A stretch of DNA of 64,000 bases. Source: an uncultured Chlamydiae bacterium (GTDB lineage: Bacteria > Chlamydiota > Chlamydiia > Chlamydiales > Parachlamydiaceae). Shown here piece by piece: positions 29,593-40,802 of the stretch. Below the pieces are notes generated by a model. That model had not been told where the DNA came from, did not search any database, and saw only the letters and a list, made by a program, of their open reading frames with translations. The first letter of the stretch is position 1; every line of letters begins with the position of its first letter. Where the stretch lies: contig CAWHMU010000036.1 in NCBI GenBank assembly GCA_963830365.1, positions 96,721-160,720 on the forward strand. Reading direction: 5' to 3'. The translations under genes were made by a program, and so were the position numbers.

Positions 29593-31116
29593 TCAATGTT
29601 TTTCCAGCCATAATGTATCTAGTTCGATGACGGGTATTTTTGGATTCAGCTGTGCGACTAGTTTGAGTGCTGTCGTAGAGGTGCCAATGACCACATTCGA
29701 CTTTGAAAGCAAGACATTTTCCACAAGTTCGCGCTCTTCATTTTCCGCTAAGCAGGATTTGCCATGGTCTGGTTTATAAAGGCAGATATTTGCAGAAACT
29801 GCCTCTCTCAGCACTTTGATAAGCTGTTCATCCTGCGTGACCACAAAGAGCTTATATTTTTTATCGCCGAGTTTTTTAACCTGTTCCTTGATCCCTTGGA
29901 GAATCTGTTCATAAGGCACAGTCGTTTCCCAATGATAAGTGGATTTGACAAAATTGACTCCAATGATGTGATAGCCATCGAACTGGCTTTGCACAAATTG
30001 ATTTATCATTTCGTCAATATGCGGGCGAAATCTGATATGTTTTTTGATGAGTTGGTGTGCCCGATCTTTGGGCATTTCAAACAAGTTAGTTGATCCTAGA
30101 ACCGTCAGGTCTCTGAAAGGTAGTTTTAAAGGTTGAGGATTAGTTCCCACAGATAGCGGTAAGAAGTGGTACAGCCACCAATTGATACCTTTTCGATTTT
30201 TGTAGGCTTCTGTAAGAGGGAAATTTACTGTAAAATCAGAGAAGTCATTCTTCTCATGTCTATCCAATAAAGCCAAAACGGTATTAATGGCATCGACAGG
30301 GTTATAAGCATGGCTGTCATAATTTTCACTAAAGCTTGTATTGAGGTGTACTGCTTGGATTGCCGGATTGAATCTCAGTGATGTGTCACTGAGGTTAGAG
30401 GCCATTTTGATCAGTTTAGAGCACTTTGCCAGCAATAAGCAGTCAAGCAGGGCATCTTCCCCTTTTTGATAGGAATGTTTATCTAATGAGATGTGAACAG
30501 GCAGTTTATTTTGTGATCTGATAGCGTCTGTGGCAATGATTTTCCCGGGAAATTTCTCATGCATAAAGGAAAGAAAAGGTTTTTCGTCTGTGGCAACAAA
30601 AACTTTTGTGTTTTTTTTATGTTTGATGAATTCACCAATCTTATTGGCGACTTCGGCATAAGTCACTTCGGCGGCTTCACACTTTTTATCAGTTCCCCGG
30701 TAATGTACACCCACCACATGCTGGCCTTGAAAATGTTTTTTTACAAAATCGTTCAGCTTTGCTTTTATATGTGGCTTTAAATGAATATATCTTTTAATCA
30801 ATTCATGGCCTCGATGTCGAGTCATGTCAAATTGAGCCATGAGTGAAAATGTGATTTTCTTATATGTAGGAAAGCGTTTTTCGTGATCTTTTGACCCTAA
30901 ACGAATAGGTTCAAAGTAATATTGCCACCAATTTGAACCACGAGCTTGGTCGTAATAAAAACCTTGATCCTCAAAATCAACGACTAAGCCATTACAGTGC
31001 GGGCTCTTTTCATAGTGATCAAGAGCGCCAAGGACGGTGTTGAATACACTAAAAAAGCCCGGGTCATATACAGGATGGGTGAGTCTGTATGAGGCGGCGG
31101 CAAATGAGGAGCACAT
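29593..31116 (-). CDS. NodZ/O-fucosyltransferase-like glycosyltransferase with an internally duplicated domain
   Basis: GFFSVF...NWWQYYFEP...GVHYRGTDK...FVATD...DCLLLAKC...SNLS; the second half repeats the pattern in degenerate form. Confidence 0.75.
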   Translation of the reverse strand: MCSSFAAASYRLTHPVYDPGFFSVFNTVLGALDHYEKSPHCNGLVVDFEDQGFYYDQARGSNWWQYYFEPIRLGSKDHEKRFPTYKKITFSLMAQFDMTRHRGHELIKRYIHLKPHIKAKLNDFVKKHFQGQHVVGVHYRGTDKKCEAAEVTYAEVANKIGEFIKHKKNTKVFVATDEKPFLSFMHEKFPGKIIATDAIRSQNKLPVHISLDKHSYQKGEDALLDCLLLAKCSKLIKMASNLSDTSLRFNPAIQAVHLNTSFSENYDSHAYNPVDAINTVLALLDRHEKNDFSDFTVNFPLTEAYKNRKGINWWLYHFLPLSVGTNPQPLKLPFRDLTVLGSTNLFEMPKDRAHQLIKKHIRFRPHIDEMINQFVQSQFDGYHIIGVNFVKSTYHWETTVPYEQILQGIKEQVKKLGDKKYKLFVVTQDEQLIKVLREAVSANICLYKPDHGKSCLAENEERELVENVLLSKSNVVIGTSTTALKLVAQLNPKIPVIELDTLWLEKH

Positions 31117-31363
31117 AAATATAAATCCTTTAAAACAGCTGTTTTGAATAAATATTTTAATTTTCCAGCGAAGTATTGCCTAAAGTTAGCGACAGTTCTT
31201 GAGGCTTGCGTGTTGTTGATGCCGTTCACAATGTGTTGTAAGTGTGGAATTGAAGTAAAGAAAAGTGTTTTCTTTACGAAATGGAATCTAGCACTGCGTT
31301 AGCTTTTTGTCTATGGCGATATGCTGTTTACGCCATTGGACTCTAATTGCAGGAGCTGCTCGT

Positions 31364-31984
31364 TTAAGTGATAGGTGAAGTTGCGTGCAGGCGTTCCAGG
31401 GTATCGACGATAACTTGCGTTTGCGAGTCGATTTCCAGGTTGACCAGGTCACCGACTTTTTTGTTGGCAAAGGTGGTGCGTTTGAGGGTTTCAGGGATCA
31501 GGTGTACGCTGAAGAGCCCTTCCTTGTGGTCGACATCGACCAAGGTCAGGCTGGCGCCGTCAAGTGCGACATATCCTTTAGGTAAAAGATATTTCGTCCA
31601 GGCGGCTGGGCATTTGAGGAAGACGACGCAGTTGTTAGCGGCGCGGTCGATGGTGTGGATTGAGACTGTGCCGTAGATATGGCCTGAGAGTAGGTGTCCG
31701 CCGATCTCATCGCCCATCCGGGCAGCGCGTTCGATATTGACATCTTGTCCGGGCTGCAGAAACTGCAAGGTGGTGCGCTGCAGCGTTTCTTGGATGGCGT
31801 CAAACCATACGGTGGTGGCATCGAAAGCTTTGACGGTGAGGCATACGCCGTCGACGCTGATGCTTGCGCCCATCTGGACACCTGCCGCCAGCGCATGGCC
31901 GAGCGATACGCCGAAATGGGTGTTTCCCGGCGGGGCATCGACTTCAATGACGCGGCAGACGCCGCTGATAATGCCTGTAAACAT
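31364..31984 (-). CDS. ribE: Riboflavin synthase alpha chain
   Basis: MFTGII N-terminus, SISVDGVCLTV, VNIERA, GGHLLSGH, ALDGASLT, VNLEID. Confidence 0.96.
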   Translation of the reverse strand: MFTGIISGVCRVIEVDAPPGNTHFGVSLGHALAAGVQMGASISVDGVCLTVKAFDATTVWFDAIQETLQRTTLQFLQPGQDVNIERAARMGDEIGGHLLSGHIYGTVSIHTIDRAANNCVVFLKCPAAWTKYLLPKGYVALDGASLTLVDVDHKEGLFSVHLIPETLKRTTFANKKVGDLVNLEIDSQTQVIVDTLERLHATSPIT

Positions 31985-31998
31985 CCCTTTCTTTTCCT

Positions 31999-32355
31999 TT
32001 AAAACCCCGGCTGTCGGGGCAAGTCTGTCACTGTATCAAATGAGCAGCTGTATCCTTCGGTATGGGGTTCTTTGCCTGTATGGCAGCGCCCGCAGGTCTG
32101 GCACTGGCGGGTGATTTTGATGACATAGGTGCCGCAGTTGTCGCGTGCGATGGTGCGCACGGGCTCATATTCGCCGCTGGGACAGCGGTAAAAGCAGCCA
32201 TAGGGTGTCGTCATCACTTCATAGGGAGTGACGTAAATCTTTTCAAAGGGAGGGATTTCCGGCTCTTGGGCATAGACTGGAAATGCCACCGTAAGCAGCG
32301 TCCAGCTCGTCATGCAGCTAAAGAGAAAGAGGGACCGGCTTGAAAATGTCGACAT
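31999..32355 (-). CDS. Small exported Cys-rich hypothetical protein
   Basis: Signal-like N-terminus (..VYAQ), CQTCGRCH motif; its stop lies 14 bp upstream of the ribE start. Confidence 0.6.
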   Translation of the reverse strand: MSTFSSRSLFLFSCMTSWTLLTVAFPVYAQEPEIPPFEKIYVTPYEVMTTPYGCFYRCPSGEYEPVRTIARDNCGTYVIKITRQCQTCGRCHTGKEPHTEGYSCSFDTVTDLPRQPGF

Positions 32356-32473
32356 AAATGAGCCAAAGGGTATAGGTTACAAACCCTCACTATATAAGCC
32401 GGTAAATTTTTCACCCAGAAAAAACGTTTTTCGATAGCGGGTTCGGCAAAGGCTTAAAAACAAGGTTGAACAA

Positions 32474-33331
32474 ATGGCCGGGTTTCACTATACAAAAAGG
32501 TCTGGCCCATCCCTGCAGCTAAAAGGATATCGAGTGATGAAAATTGTTATTTGCCCCTTGGCGGTTTGTCTTTTGATGGCAAGTGCGGCCCTTAATGGCG
32601 CCGAAAAAAATTTACCTCCTTCTGCTAGCGGTAATTCGCTTACCCGCACCTATGTCGAAGCTGTGCCGGCGGCAGCTGAGGTGCCGGCTGTCGAGAATCC
32701 CGTCCAAGCTCCGCTAGAGCCGGAAAAACCTGCTGCAGCGCTTGCCAGTGTGAAAAAAGCGCCCATAGCAGCTGAGATTAAGATGCCTTCAATAAACTAT
32801 CGGCCGCCTGTCATGACAGCCAACGAAACGCCGCCTGATAACCTGCACTTAGACGAGGTAATGGATGCCCTAACGCCAATTTGCGGTTTGCCAGCGGCGA
32901 TTGAGCGTGTGCTTAATTGTTTTGTGATGCAGCTGCAGAATGAAAAGCTTGTGCTGGTGGCTAAAAATAGCGATGGCGAATGTGGGATTGACAGGGTGAG
33001 CTTGTTTTTTGATCTTTATGACACGGTCGACATTCCGGCCGCCCGCCGCCTGATCGTGCCTATAGTCAGCGGACTATTGCAGGACTTCAATGGGCAGGAA
33101 AAATTGCGCGGTTATTTCAATACCTTTCCGTTGACCTATGAGCAGGTTGTGATTCAGATTCGCGTGCGCTCCAAGCGTTGCGGGTTTGTCTACCCAGTGT
33201 TAGGTAATATCACTTTCATTGCCGCCATGGACGGGACCGTCACCTATGGCACGCTGAACTCCTTCACCTATGAAGTCGATAGCCTGCGCACAGAAACCTA
33301 CCGCCAAGCCCTGCAGCTGAGCGGTCTTTAG
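32474..33331 (+). CDS. Exported hypothetical protein (probable start about 32537)
   Basis: Signal-like MKIVICPLAVCLLMASAALNG, Pro/Ala-rich linker, globular C-terminal domain. Confidence 0.7.
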   Translation: MAGFHYTKRSGPSLQLKGYRVMKIVICPLAVCLLMASAALNGAEKNLPPSASGNSLTRTYVEAVPAAAEVPAVENPVQAPLEPEKPAAALASVKKAPIAAEIKMPSINYRPPVMTANETPPDNLHLDEVMDALTPICGLPAAIERVLNCFVMQLQNEKLVLVAKNSDGECGIDRVSLFFDLYDTVDIPAARRLIVPIVSGLLQDFNGQEKLRGYFNTFPLTYEQVVIQIRVRSKRCGFVYPVLGNITFIAAMDGTVTYGTLNSFTYEVDSLRTETYRQALQLSGL

Positions 33332-33589
33332 ATCGTTAAACTCACGAAGGTCATGATCACCGGCAAAACCGTTATTAAACCCCACCTGCATCGTTTTATT
33401 CTTGGGATGCATGACTATGTGATGCGTCGTTAAGAAGTTATTGACCAAAGGTAATTTCATGGCCGCAGCTTTTCGTGGCTGCGCAGCTTCTGCAGTGCTA
33501 GGCCAAAGGAGGAGTCGGCAGAGACAAGCTTCCTGTTCGGCTTCAAGGAAAACGTCATCATGACCCTGATCACCCCACGTCTAAGCCCA

Positions 33590-35354
33590 TCATTTCAGGC
33601 GGGTGGTATGAGGATTTTCGAGGACGAGGGCAATGATTGCCGCCTCTTTGTTAATGTCATGCATCTGCTCAACCGACGTTTCGGTAGTGTTATCTAAAAC
33701 TTTTTTGATGGCTTCGAGGCGCTTTAACAGCTCCTCGCCGGAGATCGATTTTTCCGTGAGTTCTGAGATGGCAGCTTGCCTTTGCTGCAGGCTGGAACTG
33801 TCTAATTCTATCTTCAGTCGTTCACTTTTTGCTAAATAATCATAGGCGCTGTGGTCTTTGTCATAGCCATCGATAATAATCTCTAGAGCTGATTTTGCAG
33901 CTAGTAAGGCTTGTGGATCATTTTGCGAGTTATCCTGGTACGGTTTAAGCAGTGTTTCCTTTGTTTTCCCCCGTTCTGCCGCACCAAGATGTTCGTCAAT
34001 GTCACTGTAAATGTTTTCAAAGGCGGGAAAGAAAACCAATCCTAACGTCATTATCAAGCCATACAAATCGGCAAATGGGGTCGTAAACCCTGCCTGTCCG
34101 CACCTATCCCAAAAAAAGTACTTTCCATTCTGCTCCGAAGCTCCGATAAACTCAGTTAAATCGAAATCCGACAAATTCCCGGTGCATTTTTTTTCTACAT
34201 CGACTTCCAGCAGGATGTTCGCGGGCTTGACATCGCGATGGACAATTCCTTGGCGATGCAAGGCCACCAGTGTTTTAGCCACATCGATACAGACATTGAC
34301 TTGATCAAGCAGAGTCAGTTCCTGCTTTGGAGTATCATCGGCGAAATCCAAGGGGATATAGCCATTTTTAATGGCCGAAATGAAGATCGCCATTGTACCA
34401 ATATTCCCATGAATTCAAGGAATGATCCGCTAGATTCGATGGCATACTAAAGATTGGTGACGCGGCCAATTTGACGTCAGGGGTGTCTTTAAACGTCTCT
34501 GCCAAAGTCCTATGGAAGTGTAAGCCATTTTGAATGGCTGTGTTGTGAGCAAGAATTTCGAGATCGCTCCTTCTATTTTCATCGGCATCGTAAGCGTTGT
34601 GCTTTTTGAAGACGGCATTCTTGCATTCTACATTACGGCCTCCACCTTCTGTCAACGAAAGTGGAATTTCAAAGTAATGGGCCTTATATGCTCTCCGATA
34701 AGTCCCTACGCCTAATATGCTATTGTTCGCAGGAGAGTTGATCATTAATCCCATTGATTTCTTAAGGCTTTTTGGGTGTTTAGAGTTGGCATCTTGGTCT
34801 TCGATTAAAACTATCCAGTGGTTAGCTGATAATGACAGCGTTTTTTTATGGTTGTAGTTCCCGTCCGCATCAAAATCGGGGAAGTGATGCTCATGTAATT
34901 GATCATGCCAGAAGACATTCACCCTCTTCTTCACTGCGGCAGGATCCAGTGACAGCGCATTGATCTCGCGACAGAGGATACGAGCCATATCTAAAATTGG
35001 TCCGTCCTGTAAACGCCGCTGCAAAGCGCCGACTAGCTGTCCCGGCAGCACCACAGCTTTTCTTGTGCGCCATCCCCTGAAGGCGGCTTGAATGGTCGTC
35101 GCAGCAGAGGTGTTAAATATTTCAATGAGGCCGATCGAGCATTCATTTGAGCTGGCCTTGGATCGGCTTTTCTTCTCAACCGGTTGATGAACCGGGCTAT
35201 CATTAGGTGACTCACTATTTGGGGTCTTAATCGCTAAGACAGCTGTCTCATCATCCAAAAAACGGTCCAGTTTTCTTTTGGTTCCTCCTAGAGGGGCAGT
35301 TTCTTTGGGAACGGTCAACAATGCAGCTGGTGTTTTTGTTATAGAAAGCGACAT
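33590..35354 (-). pseudogene. IQ-motif Ser/Thr protein kinase split by a single frameshift near 34383
   Basis: Upstream ORF carries IQAAFRGWRTRK, LGVGTY (Gly loop) and AVFKK; downstream ORF carries HRDVKPANILL, SDFD and DLYGL. Confidence 0.85.
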
Positions 35355-35393
35355 AACAAACCTGATTAGTCATCGAATGGTTTAAAAAAGCCT

Positions 35394-35558
35394 TATACCA
35401 TGATCTAGTGAGAATTTGACATATTGGACGCGCCAAAGCCCCGGGGTTGCATGATCATAAGCCACCCCATATTACTAATATTGGGTGGCTTATGATCATG
35501 CAACCGCGGGAGTTTTCGCGCAGTCCAATATGTCAAATTCTCACTAGATCATGGTATA
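35394..35558. mobile_element. 165-bp palindromic MITE-like element
   Basis: Perfect 36-bp TIR TATACCATGATCTAGTGAGAATTTGACATATTGGAC plus a long inner palindrome; degenerate half copies at about 42820-42877 and 46024-46101. Confidence 0.88.
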
Positions 35559-35979
35559 TATTAGCAAACAAAAACATTTTTGTGGGGGAAATAGTCATCA
35601 AAGGTGTGACTTTCGATCGTGCGACCGCAGGAGCTTTCGCGCACACCAGCTGACGAATTTCACCGGATTCCGGCATAAGCTGCTCCAACCTAAGATAAGG
35701 GAGCATAAGGGCGAATGCGATGGTCCTTGTAGGCCCATTTTTATGGGCAGGCGAGAAAATCATGCCGAATTATTTGACAAATAATTACTTAAAGCATATG
35801 ATGCTGCATACTATTTATCTAAATTATTTAATTTTTAGCTGATAATTATAAGCGCTTTGTGATATTTTTTTGTCTAAGTCTATTTAGAAAAGGCGTACAA
35901 TAGAAGTAGGGGTTATTGGACGTATAATATTATTGGCGCAATATTTCGGCGCCGCAATATTTCGACGCATTGAGGATTC

Positions 35980-37422
35980 ATGACTGCAGAGATGATGTAT
36001 AACAGGGAGGGTTCGGAATATAAATACGGATTCTCCACCGACGTCGAAACGGATACGCTGCCCAAAGGGCTGAATGAAGAGACCGTGCGCGCGATTTCCG
36101 CCAAAAAAGGGGAGCCGTCATATCTTCTGGAATTCCGCTTGAAGGCCTATCGCAGATGGCTGGAGATGACACAGCCGCATTGGGCCAATGTCAACTACCC
36201 TAAAATTGATTACCAGAACATCTGTTACTATTCGGCCCCTAAGACCAAACCCGGCTTAAAGAGCCTGGATGAAGTCGATCCGGAAGTCCTCAAGACATTC
36301 GAAAGATTGGGCATCCCTCTTGATGAGCAGAAGCGCCTGAGCAATGTGGCTGTCGATATGGTCTTTGATTCCGTCTCCATCGGCACGACATTTAAGAAAA
36401 AACTCGAAGATGCCGGCGTCGTGTTGTGTTCCATCTCTGAAGCTATCAAACTATACCCCGAGCTGGTGCAGAAGTACTTAGGCAGCGTGGTGCCTATCGG
36501 CGACAACTTTTATGCCACTTTGAATTCCGCCGTCTTTACCGACGGTTCCTTTGTCTATATCCCCAAGGGTGTGAAATGCCCGATGGAGGTATCGACTTAT
36601 TTCCGCATCAACGATAAGGAAACCGGACAATTCGAGCGCACCTTGATTATCGCCGAAGAAGGCTCATCCGTCAGCTATCTCGAAGGGTGCACGGCCCCGG
36701 CCTATGATAACAACCAGCTGCATGCCGCTGTGGTAGAGCTCATCGCATTGGATAATGCCGAAATCAAATATGCCACGGTGCAAAACTGGTATTCGGGCAA
36801 TCCGCAGACCGGCGCCGGTGGTATTTTCAATTTCGTTACCAAACGCGGCCGCTGTGCCGGCGTGAATTCCAAGATTTCATGGACACAGGTCGAAGTCGGC
36901 GCCGCCATCACCTGGAAGTATCCGAGCTGCATTTTGCAAGGCGACAATTCCGTCGGCGAATTTTATTCCGTCGCCCTGACCAATGGCCGGATGCAGGCTG
37001 ATACAGGCACCAAGATGATCCACTTGGGTAAAAATACGCGTTCGACGATAGTTTCTAAAGGCATAGCCGCGGACTTTTCGCATAACAGCTATCGCGGACT
37101 GGTCAAGATAGTCCCTAAAGCCGCCGGAGCTAGGAATTACACGCAATGCGATTCGATGTTGGTGGGAGATAAATGTTCAGCCAACACCTTCCCTTATATC
37201 GAAGTGGGCAATGCGACCAGCCAAGTGGAGCATGAGGCCTCGACCTCCAAGCTCAATGAAGAACAGCTGTTTTACTTCATGTCGCGCGGCATCTCGCAAG
37301 AAGATGCGGTCAATATGATTGTCAATGGCTTCTGTAAAGAAGTGATCCGGGAGCTGCCTTTGGAATTTGCGGCCGAAGCCCAGAAGCTTTTGGCGATGAA
37401 ACTGGAAAATTCCGTCGGATAA
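35980..37422 (+). CDS. sufB: Fe-S cluster assembly protein SufB
   Basis: [42 protein letters not shown]. Confidence 0.97.
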   Translation: MTAEMMYNREGSEYKYGFSTDVETDTLPKGLNEETVRAISAKKGEPSYLLEFRLKAYRRWLEMTQPHWANVNYPKIDYQNICYYSAPKTKPGLKSLDEVDPEVLKTFERLGIPLDEQKRLSNVAVDMVFDSVSIGTTFKKKLEDAGVVLCSISEAIKLYPELVQKYLGSVVPIGDNFYATLNSAVFTDGSFVYIPKGVKCPMEVSTYFRINDKETGQFERTLIIAEEGSSVSYLEGCTAPAYDNNQLHAAVVELIALDNAEIKYATVQNWYSGNPQTGAGGIFNFVTKRGRCAGVNSKISWTQVEVGAAITWKYPSCILQGDNSVGEFYSVALTNGRMQADTGTKMIHLGKNTRSTIVSKGIAADFSHNSYRGLVKIVPKAAGARNYTQCDSMLVGDKCSANTFPYIEVGNATSQVEHEASTSKLNEEQLFYFMSRGISQEDAVNMIVNGFCKEVIRELPLEFAAEAQKLLAMKLENSVG

Positions 37423-37456
37423 ACCCCCTTATAAAACCATCTCAGATAAAGAACGA

Positions 37457-38236
37457 ATGATGATAGAAATTAAAAACCTATGTGCCTCAATCGATGGCAA
37501 GCCTATTCTTAAAGGCTTCAATCTTAAAATCAACGCCGGCGAAATCCACGCCATCATGGGGCCCAACGGCGCCGGTAAGTCGACTCTGGCCAAAGTGCTG
37601 GCGGGGCATCCGAGCTATACGGTAACCGATGGCGAAGTGCTGTTCAAAGGTAAGAATCTTTTGGAGCTCTCGCCCGAAGAACGCGCCCATATGGGTTTGT
37701 TTATGAGCTTCCAGTATCCGGTGGAAATTCCAGGCGTCAGCAACATCCAGTTCATGCGCACAGCCTACAACTCCAATCGCAAGGCGCGCGGGGAAAAGGA
37801 ATTGACTGTCGAGGAGTTTGAAAAGCTGCTGGATGAGAAGATGGCGCTGGTTGATATCAAAGCCGAATTCAAAGAGCGCAATCTCAATGAAGGATTTTCC
37901 GGCGGCGAGAAGAAGCGTAATGAAATCCTGCAAATGGCTGTGCTGGAACCCGCCTTGGCCATCCTGGATGAAACGGATTCAGGTCTCGACATCGACGCCA
38001 TGCGCGTGGTGGCGGCCGGCGTGAACCATATCATGCACCCTGAAATGGGCTTGCTGATGATCACGCACTACCAGCGCCTGCTCGACTATATCAAGCCGGA
38101 TTTTGTGCATGTGATGATGGATGGCAAGATTGTGCAGTCTGGAGGATCTGAAATGGCACTTGAGTTGGAAGAAAAAGGCTACGACTGGCTGACGCCGGCT
38201 GCGGGCGAAGCAGTAGGGGAAGAGGTTTTGGAATGA
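37457..38236 (+). CDS. sufC: Fe-S cluster assembly ATPase SufC
   Basis: GPNGAGKSTL, FQYPVEIPGV, FSGGEKKRNE, LDETDSGLDIDA. Confidence 0.97.
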   Translation: MMIEIKNLCASIDGKPILKGFNLKINAGEIHAIMGPNGAGKSTLAKVLAGHPSYTVTDGEVLFKGKNLLELSPEERAHMGLFMSFQYPVEIPGVSNIQFMRTAYNSNRKARGEKELTVEEFEKLLDEKMALVDIKAEFKERNLNEGFSGGEKKRNEILQMAVLEPALAILDETDSGLDIDAMRVVAAGVNHIMHPEMGLLMITHYQRLLDYIKPDFVHVMMDGKIVQSGGSEMALELEEKGYDWLTPAAGEAVGEEVLE

Positions 38237-39549
38237 TGACGGAACTGCCAACGGAACAAGACAGCAAATTCCAAGCGCTCTTAGAAAGCCGTTATGGACA
38301 ATTTGAGCCAGGCGATGTGCTGCAAAAGCTGCGGGATCGGGCTTGGGGTCATTTTTTGGGGTTGGGGTTGCCATCGCGCAGCAATGATATCTACCGCTAT
38401 CTGCGCCTGACAAATTTCTTTAGCCGCAATTATGAATTTGGCCAGCCGTTAGAACTTAGCCCGCTGGCTATTGCGCCGCATGTGTTGGCGGAGTGCCGTC
38501 AGTCTGTATTGGTGTTTGTGAATGGCTATTTTATGCCGCAGCTATCGTGCATGGAGGCTATACCTAAACGCATGGCCGTCACCACGCTTATCGATGCGAT
38601 GCGCACCTATGGCAGCTTCATCAATAGCCAATCCACCAAGGCCATCAAGGAAGAGACCGATTCTTTTGCCGCCATCAATACCGCCTTGCAGTGCGATGGC
38701 TTGTTTATTTATCTGCCGCCCAAGACTGTAGTTGAGACGCCGATTCAGTTATTGAATATCATCGACGCCAAGTCCACGCCCATGCTGATCATGCCGCGCC
38801 TGCAGGCCTTTATCGGTGCGCAATCGCAGCTTAGCCTGGTGTCGACGCAGGCTGTGCTTTCCGGCGACAGTTATGCCATCAATATGGTGGCAGATATCGC
38901 CATCGAAGAGGATGCGCATGTGCAATACACGCAAGTGGCTTGTGGCTCAAGCGACGACGTCTGGCACTTTGACGCGCTGCGTTCGCAGCTTAAGCGCAAC
39001 AGTACCCTTAAGACCGTAGCCGTGACTGATGGGGCAGCCACCGTAAGGCATGATTATCGCGTGGCGCTTTGCGGCGAGAATGCCGACGTTCATCTGAATG
39101 GGGTATGGATGTTGCAAGGCAAAAAAGAGGCCCATGTGCATGTGTTTGTGGACCACCAGGCGCCGCATTGCACTTCGATGCAACTGTTTAAAGGGGCGTT
39201 GAATGATTTCAGCCGTTCGGCCTTCGAAGGCAAAATCATGGTCAGACAGGCGGCCCAAAAGACTGAGGCCTTCCAGCTCAATAACAACTTGCTGCTGAGC
39301 GATAGAGCCCATGCCGATAGCAAGCCGAATCTGGAAATTTTCGCCGATGATGTCAAGGCCTCACACGGAGCCACGGTCGGACAGCTGGACAGCGAGCAGG
39401 TCTTTTACATGAAGACGCGCGGCTTCAGCGAAGCGGCGGCCAAAAACCTGCTGGTGTATGGTTTTTGCCAGGAAGTCATCGACAAGATCACCGTGCCTTC
39501 CGTGTATGACAGCATGCGCAAGCGGGCGCAAAATTATTTGCTAGAATGA
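38233..39549 (+). CDS. sufD: Fe-S cluster assembly protein SufD
   Basis: KPNLEIFADDVKASHGATVG; position in operon. Confidence 0.95.
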   Translation: MMTELPTEQDSKFQALLESRYGQFEPGDVLQKLRDRAWGHFLGLGLPSRSNDIYRYLRLTNFFSRNYEFGQPLELSPLAIAPHVLAECRQSVLVFVNGYFMPQLSCMEAIPKRMAVTTLIDAMRTYGSFINSQSTKAIKEETDSFAAINTALQCDGLFIYLPPKTVVETPIQLLNIIDAKSTPMLIMPRLQAFIGAQSQLSLVSTQAVLSGDSYAINMVADIAIEEDAHVQYTQVACGSSDDVWHFDALRSQLKRNSTLKTVAVTDGAATVRHDYRVALCGENADVHLNGVWMLQGKKEAHVHVFVDHQAPHCTSMQLFKGALNDFSRSAFEGKIMVRQAAQKTEAFQLNNNLLLSDRAHADSKPNLEIFADDVKASHGATVGQLDSEQVFYMKTRGFSEAAAKNLLVYGFCQEVIDKITVPSVYDSMRKRAQNYLLE

Positions 39550-39552
39550 TGT

Positions 39553-40800
39553 ATGAGGATGAAAGTTATGGCAGCAGCTAAGACCCCTGATTTCGCTCGC
39601 CTGCGCGATGACTTTCCCATGCTGAAGAAGAGCATGCATGGACACCCCTTGATCTATTTTGATTCCGCCGCCACGGCTCAAAAGCCACAGGTCGTCATCG
39701 ATGCCATCACAAACTTCTATAGCCAGCATTACGGTACCGTCCACCGCGCCGTTTATGAGCTCTCCGTATATGCCACCCAAGCCTATCAGCAGGTGCGCCA
39801 GCATCTTGCCGCCTTCCTCAATGCCGCCAAGCCAGAAGAGATCATTTTTACGCGCGGCACGACAGAATCCATTAACATGGTGGCCTATGCCTTCGGCAAG
39901 GCTTTCATAAAGCCGGGCGATGAGATCCTCATCACCGAGATGGAACACCACTCTAATATCGTCCCTTGGCAGCTGATGTGCGAAGACCGCGGGGCCATAC
40001 TCAAAGTGGTGCCGATGAACGACCGTGGCGAACTTGACCTGGCAGATTTTGCCAAACTGCTGAATGCCAAGACAAAAATCGTGGCCGTGGCCCATGTGGC
40101 CAATTCCCTCGGCAGCATCAATCCCATCAAAGAAATTGCCGCTATGGCACATGCCGCCGGCGCAAAATTGCTGGTCGACGGCGCGCAAAGTGCCCCCCAT
40201 ATGCCGGTGGATGTACAGGACCTCGACGCCGATTTTTATGTATTCTCCGGCCACAAATTGTATGGGCCGACGGGCATTGGCGTGCTTTACGGCAAAGAAG
40301 CGTTATTGCAGGCCATGCCCCCATACCAGGGTGGCGGAGATATGATTGAGACGGTCACCTTTGCCAAAACCACCTATAACGTCCTGCCCATGAAGTTTGA
40401 AGCCGGCACGCCGATGATCGCCGAAGTTATTGGTCTGGGAGCGGCCCTCGACTACATCACTGCCATCGGCATGGCAAACATCCAGCGCTATGAGCAGCAG
40501 CTGCTGGTCTATGCCACGCAACAGCTGCTGCTCATCGAAGGACTGCGCATCATCGGTACGGCAGCAAAGAAGGAAGCTATCATCAGTTTTGTCATCGACG
40601 GCATCCACCCTTTGGATATTGGCACGATGCTTGACCTGCACGGCATCGCCATCCGCACCGGACACCACTGCGCCCAACCCACCATGCGTCATTTTGGCGT
40701 GCCGGCCACGGCCCGCGCCTCCTTTGCCTTTTATAACGATAAGAGCGAGATCGACAGTTTCCTGGTCGCCTTGCAAAATGTCATTCGCCTGATACGATAA
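39553..40800 (+). CDS. sufS: Cysteine desulfurase SufS
   Basis: YFDSAATAQKP, EHHSN, SGHKLYGP (PLP Lys), RTGHHCAQP. Confidence 0.97.
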   Translation: MRMKVMAAAKTPDFARLRDDFPMLKKSMHGHPLIYFDSAATAQKPQVVIDAITNFYSQHYGTVHRAVYELSVYATQAYQQVRQHLAAFLNAAKPEEIIFTRGTTESINMVAYAFGKAFIKPGDEILITEMEHHSNIVPWQLMCEDRGAILKVVPMNDRGELDLADFAKLLNAKTKIVAVAHVANSLGSINPIKEIAAMAHAAGAKLLVDGAQSAPHMPVDVQDLDADFYVFSGHKLYGPTGIGVLYGKEALLQAMPPYQGGGDMIETVTFAKTTYNVLPMKFEAGTPMIAEVIGLGAALDYITAIGMANIQRYEQQLLVYATQQLLLIEGLRIIGTAAKKEAIISFVIDGIHPLDIGTMLDLHGIAIRTGHHCAQPTMRHFGVPATARASFAFYNDKSEIDSFLVALQNVIRLIR

Positions 40801-40802
40801 CC

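Noticed and set aside
35251..35784. Short ORFs sharing PICQILTRSWY
   Set aside because: The shared peptide is just the MITE terminal inverted repeat read on both strands.
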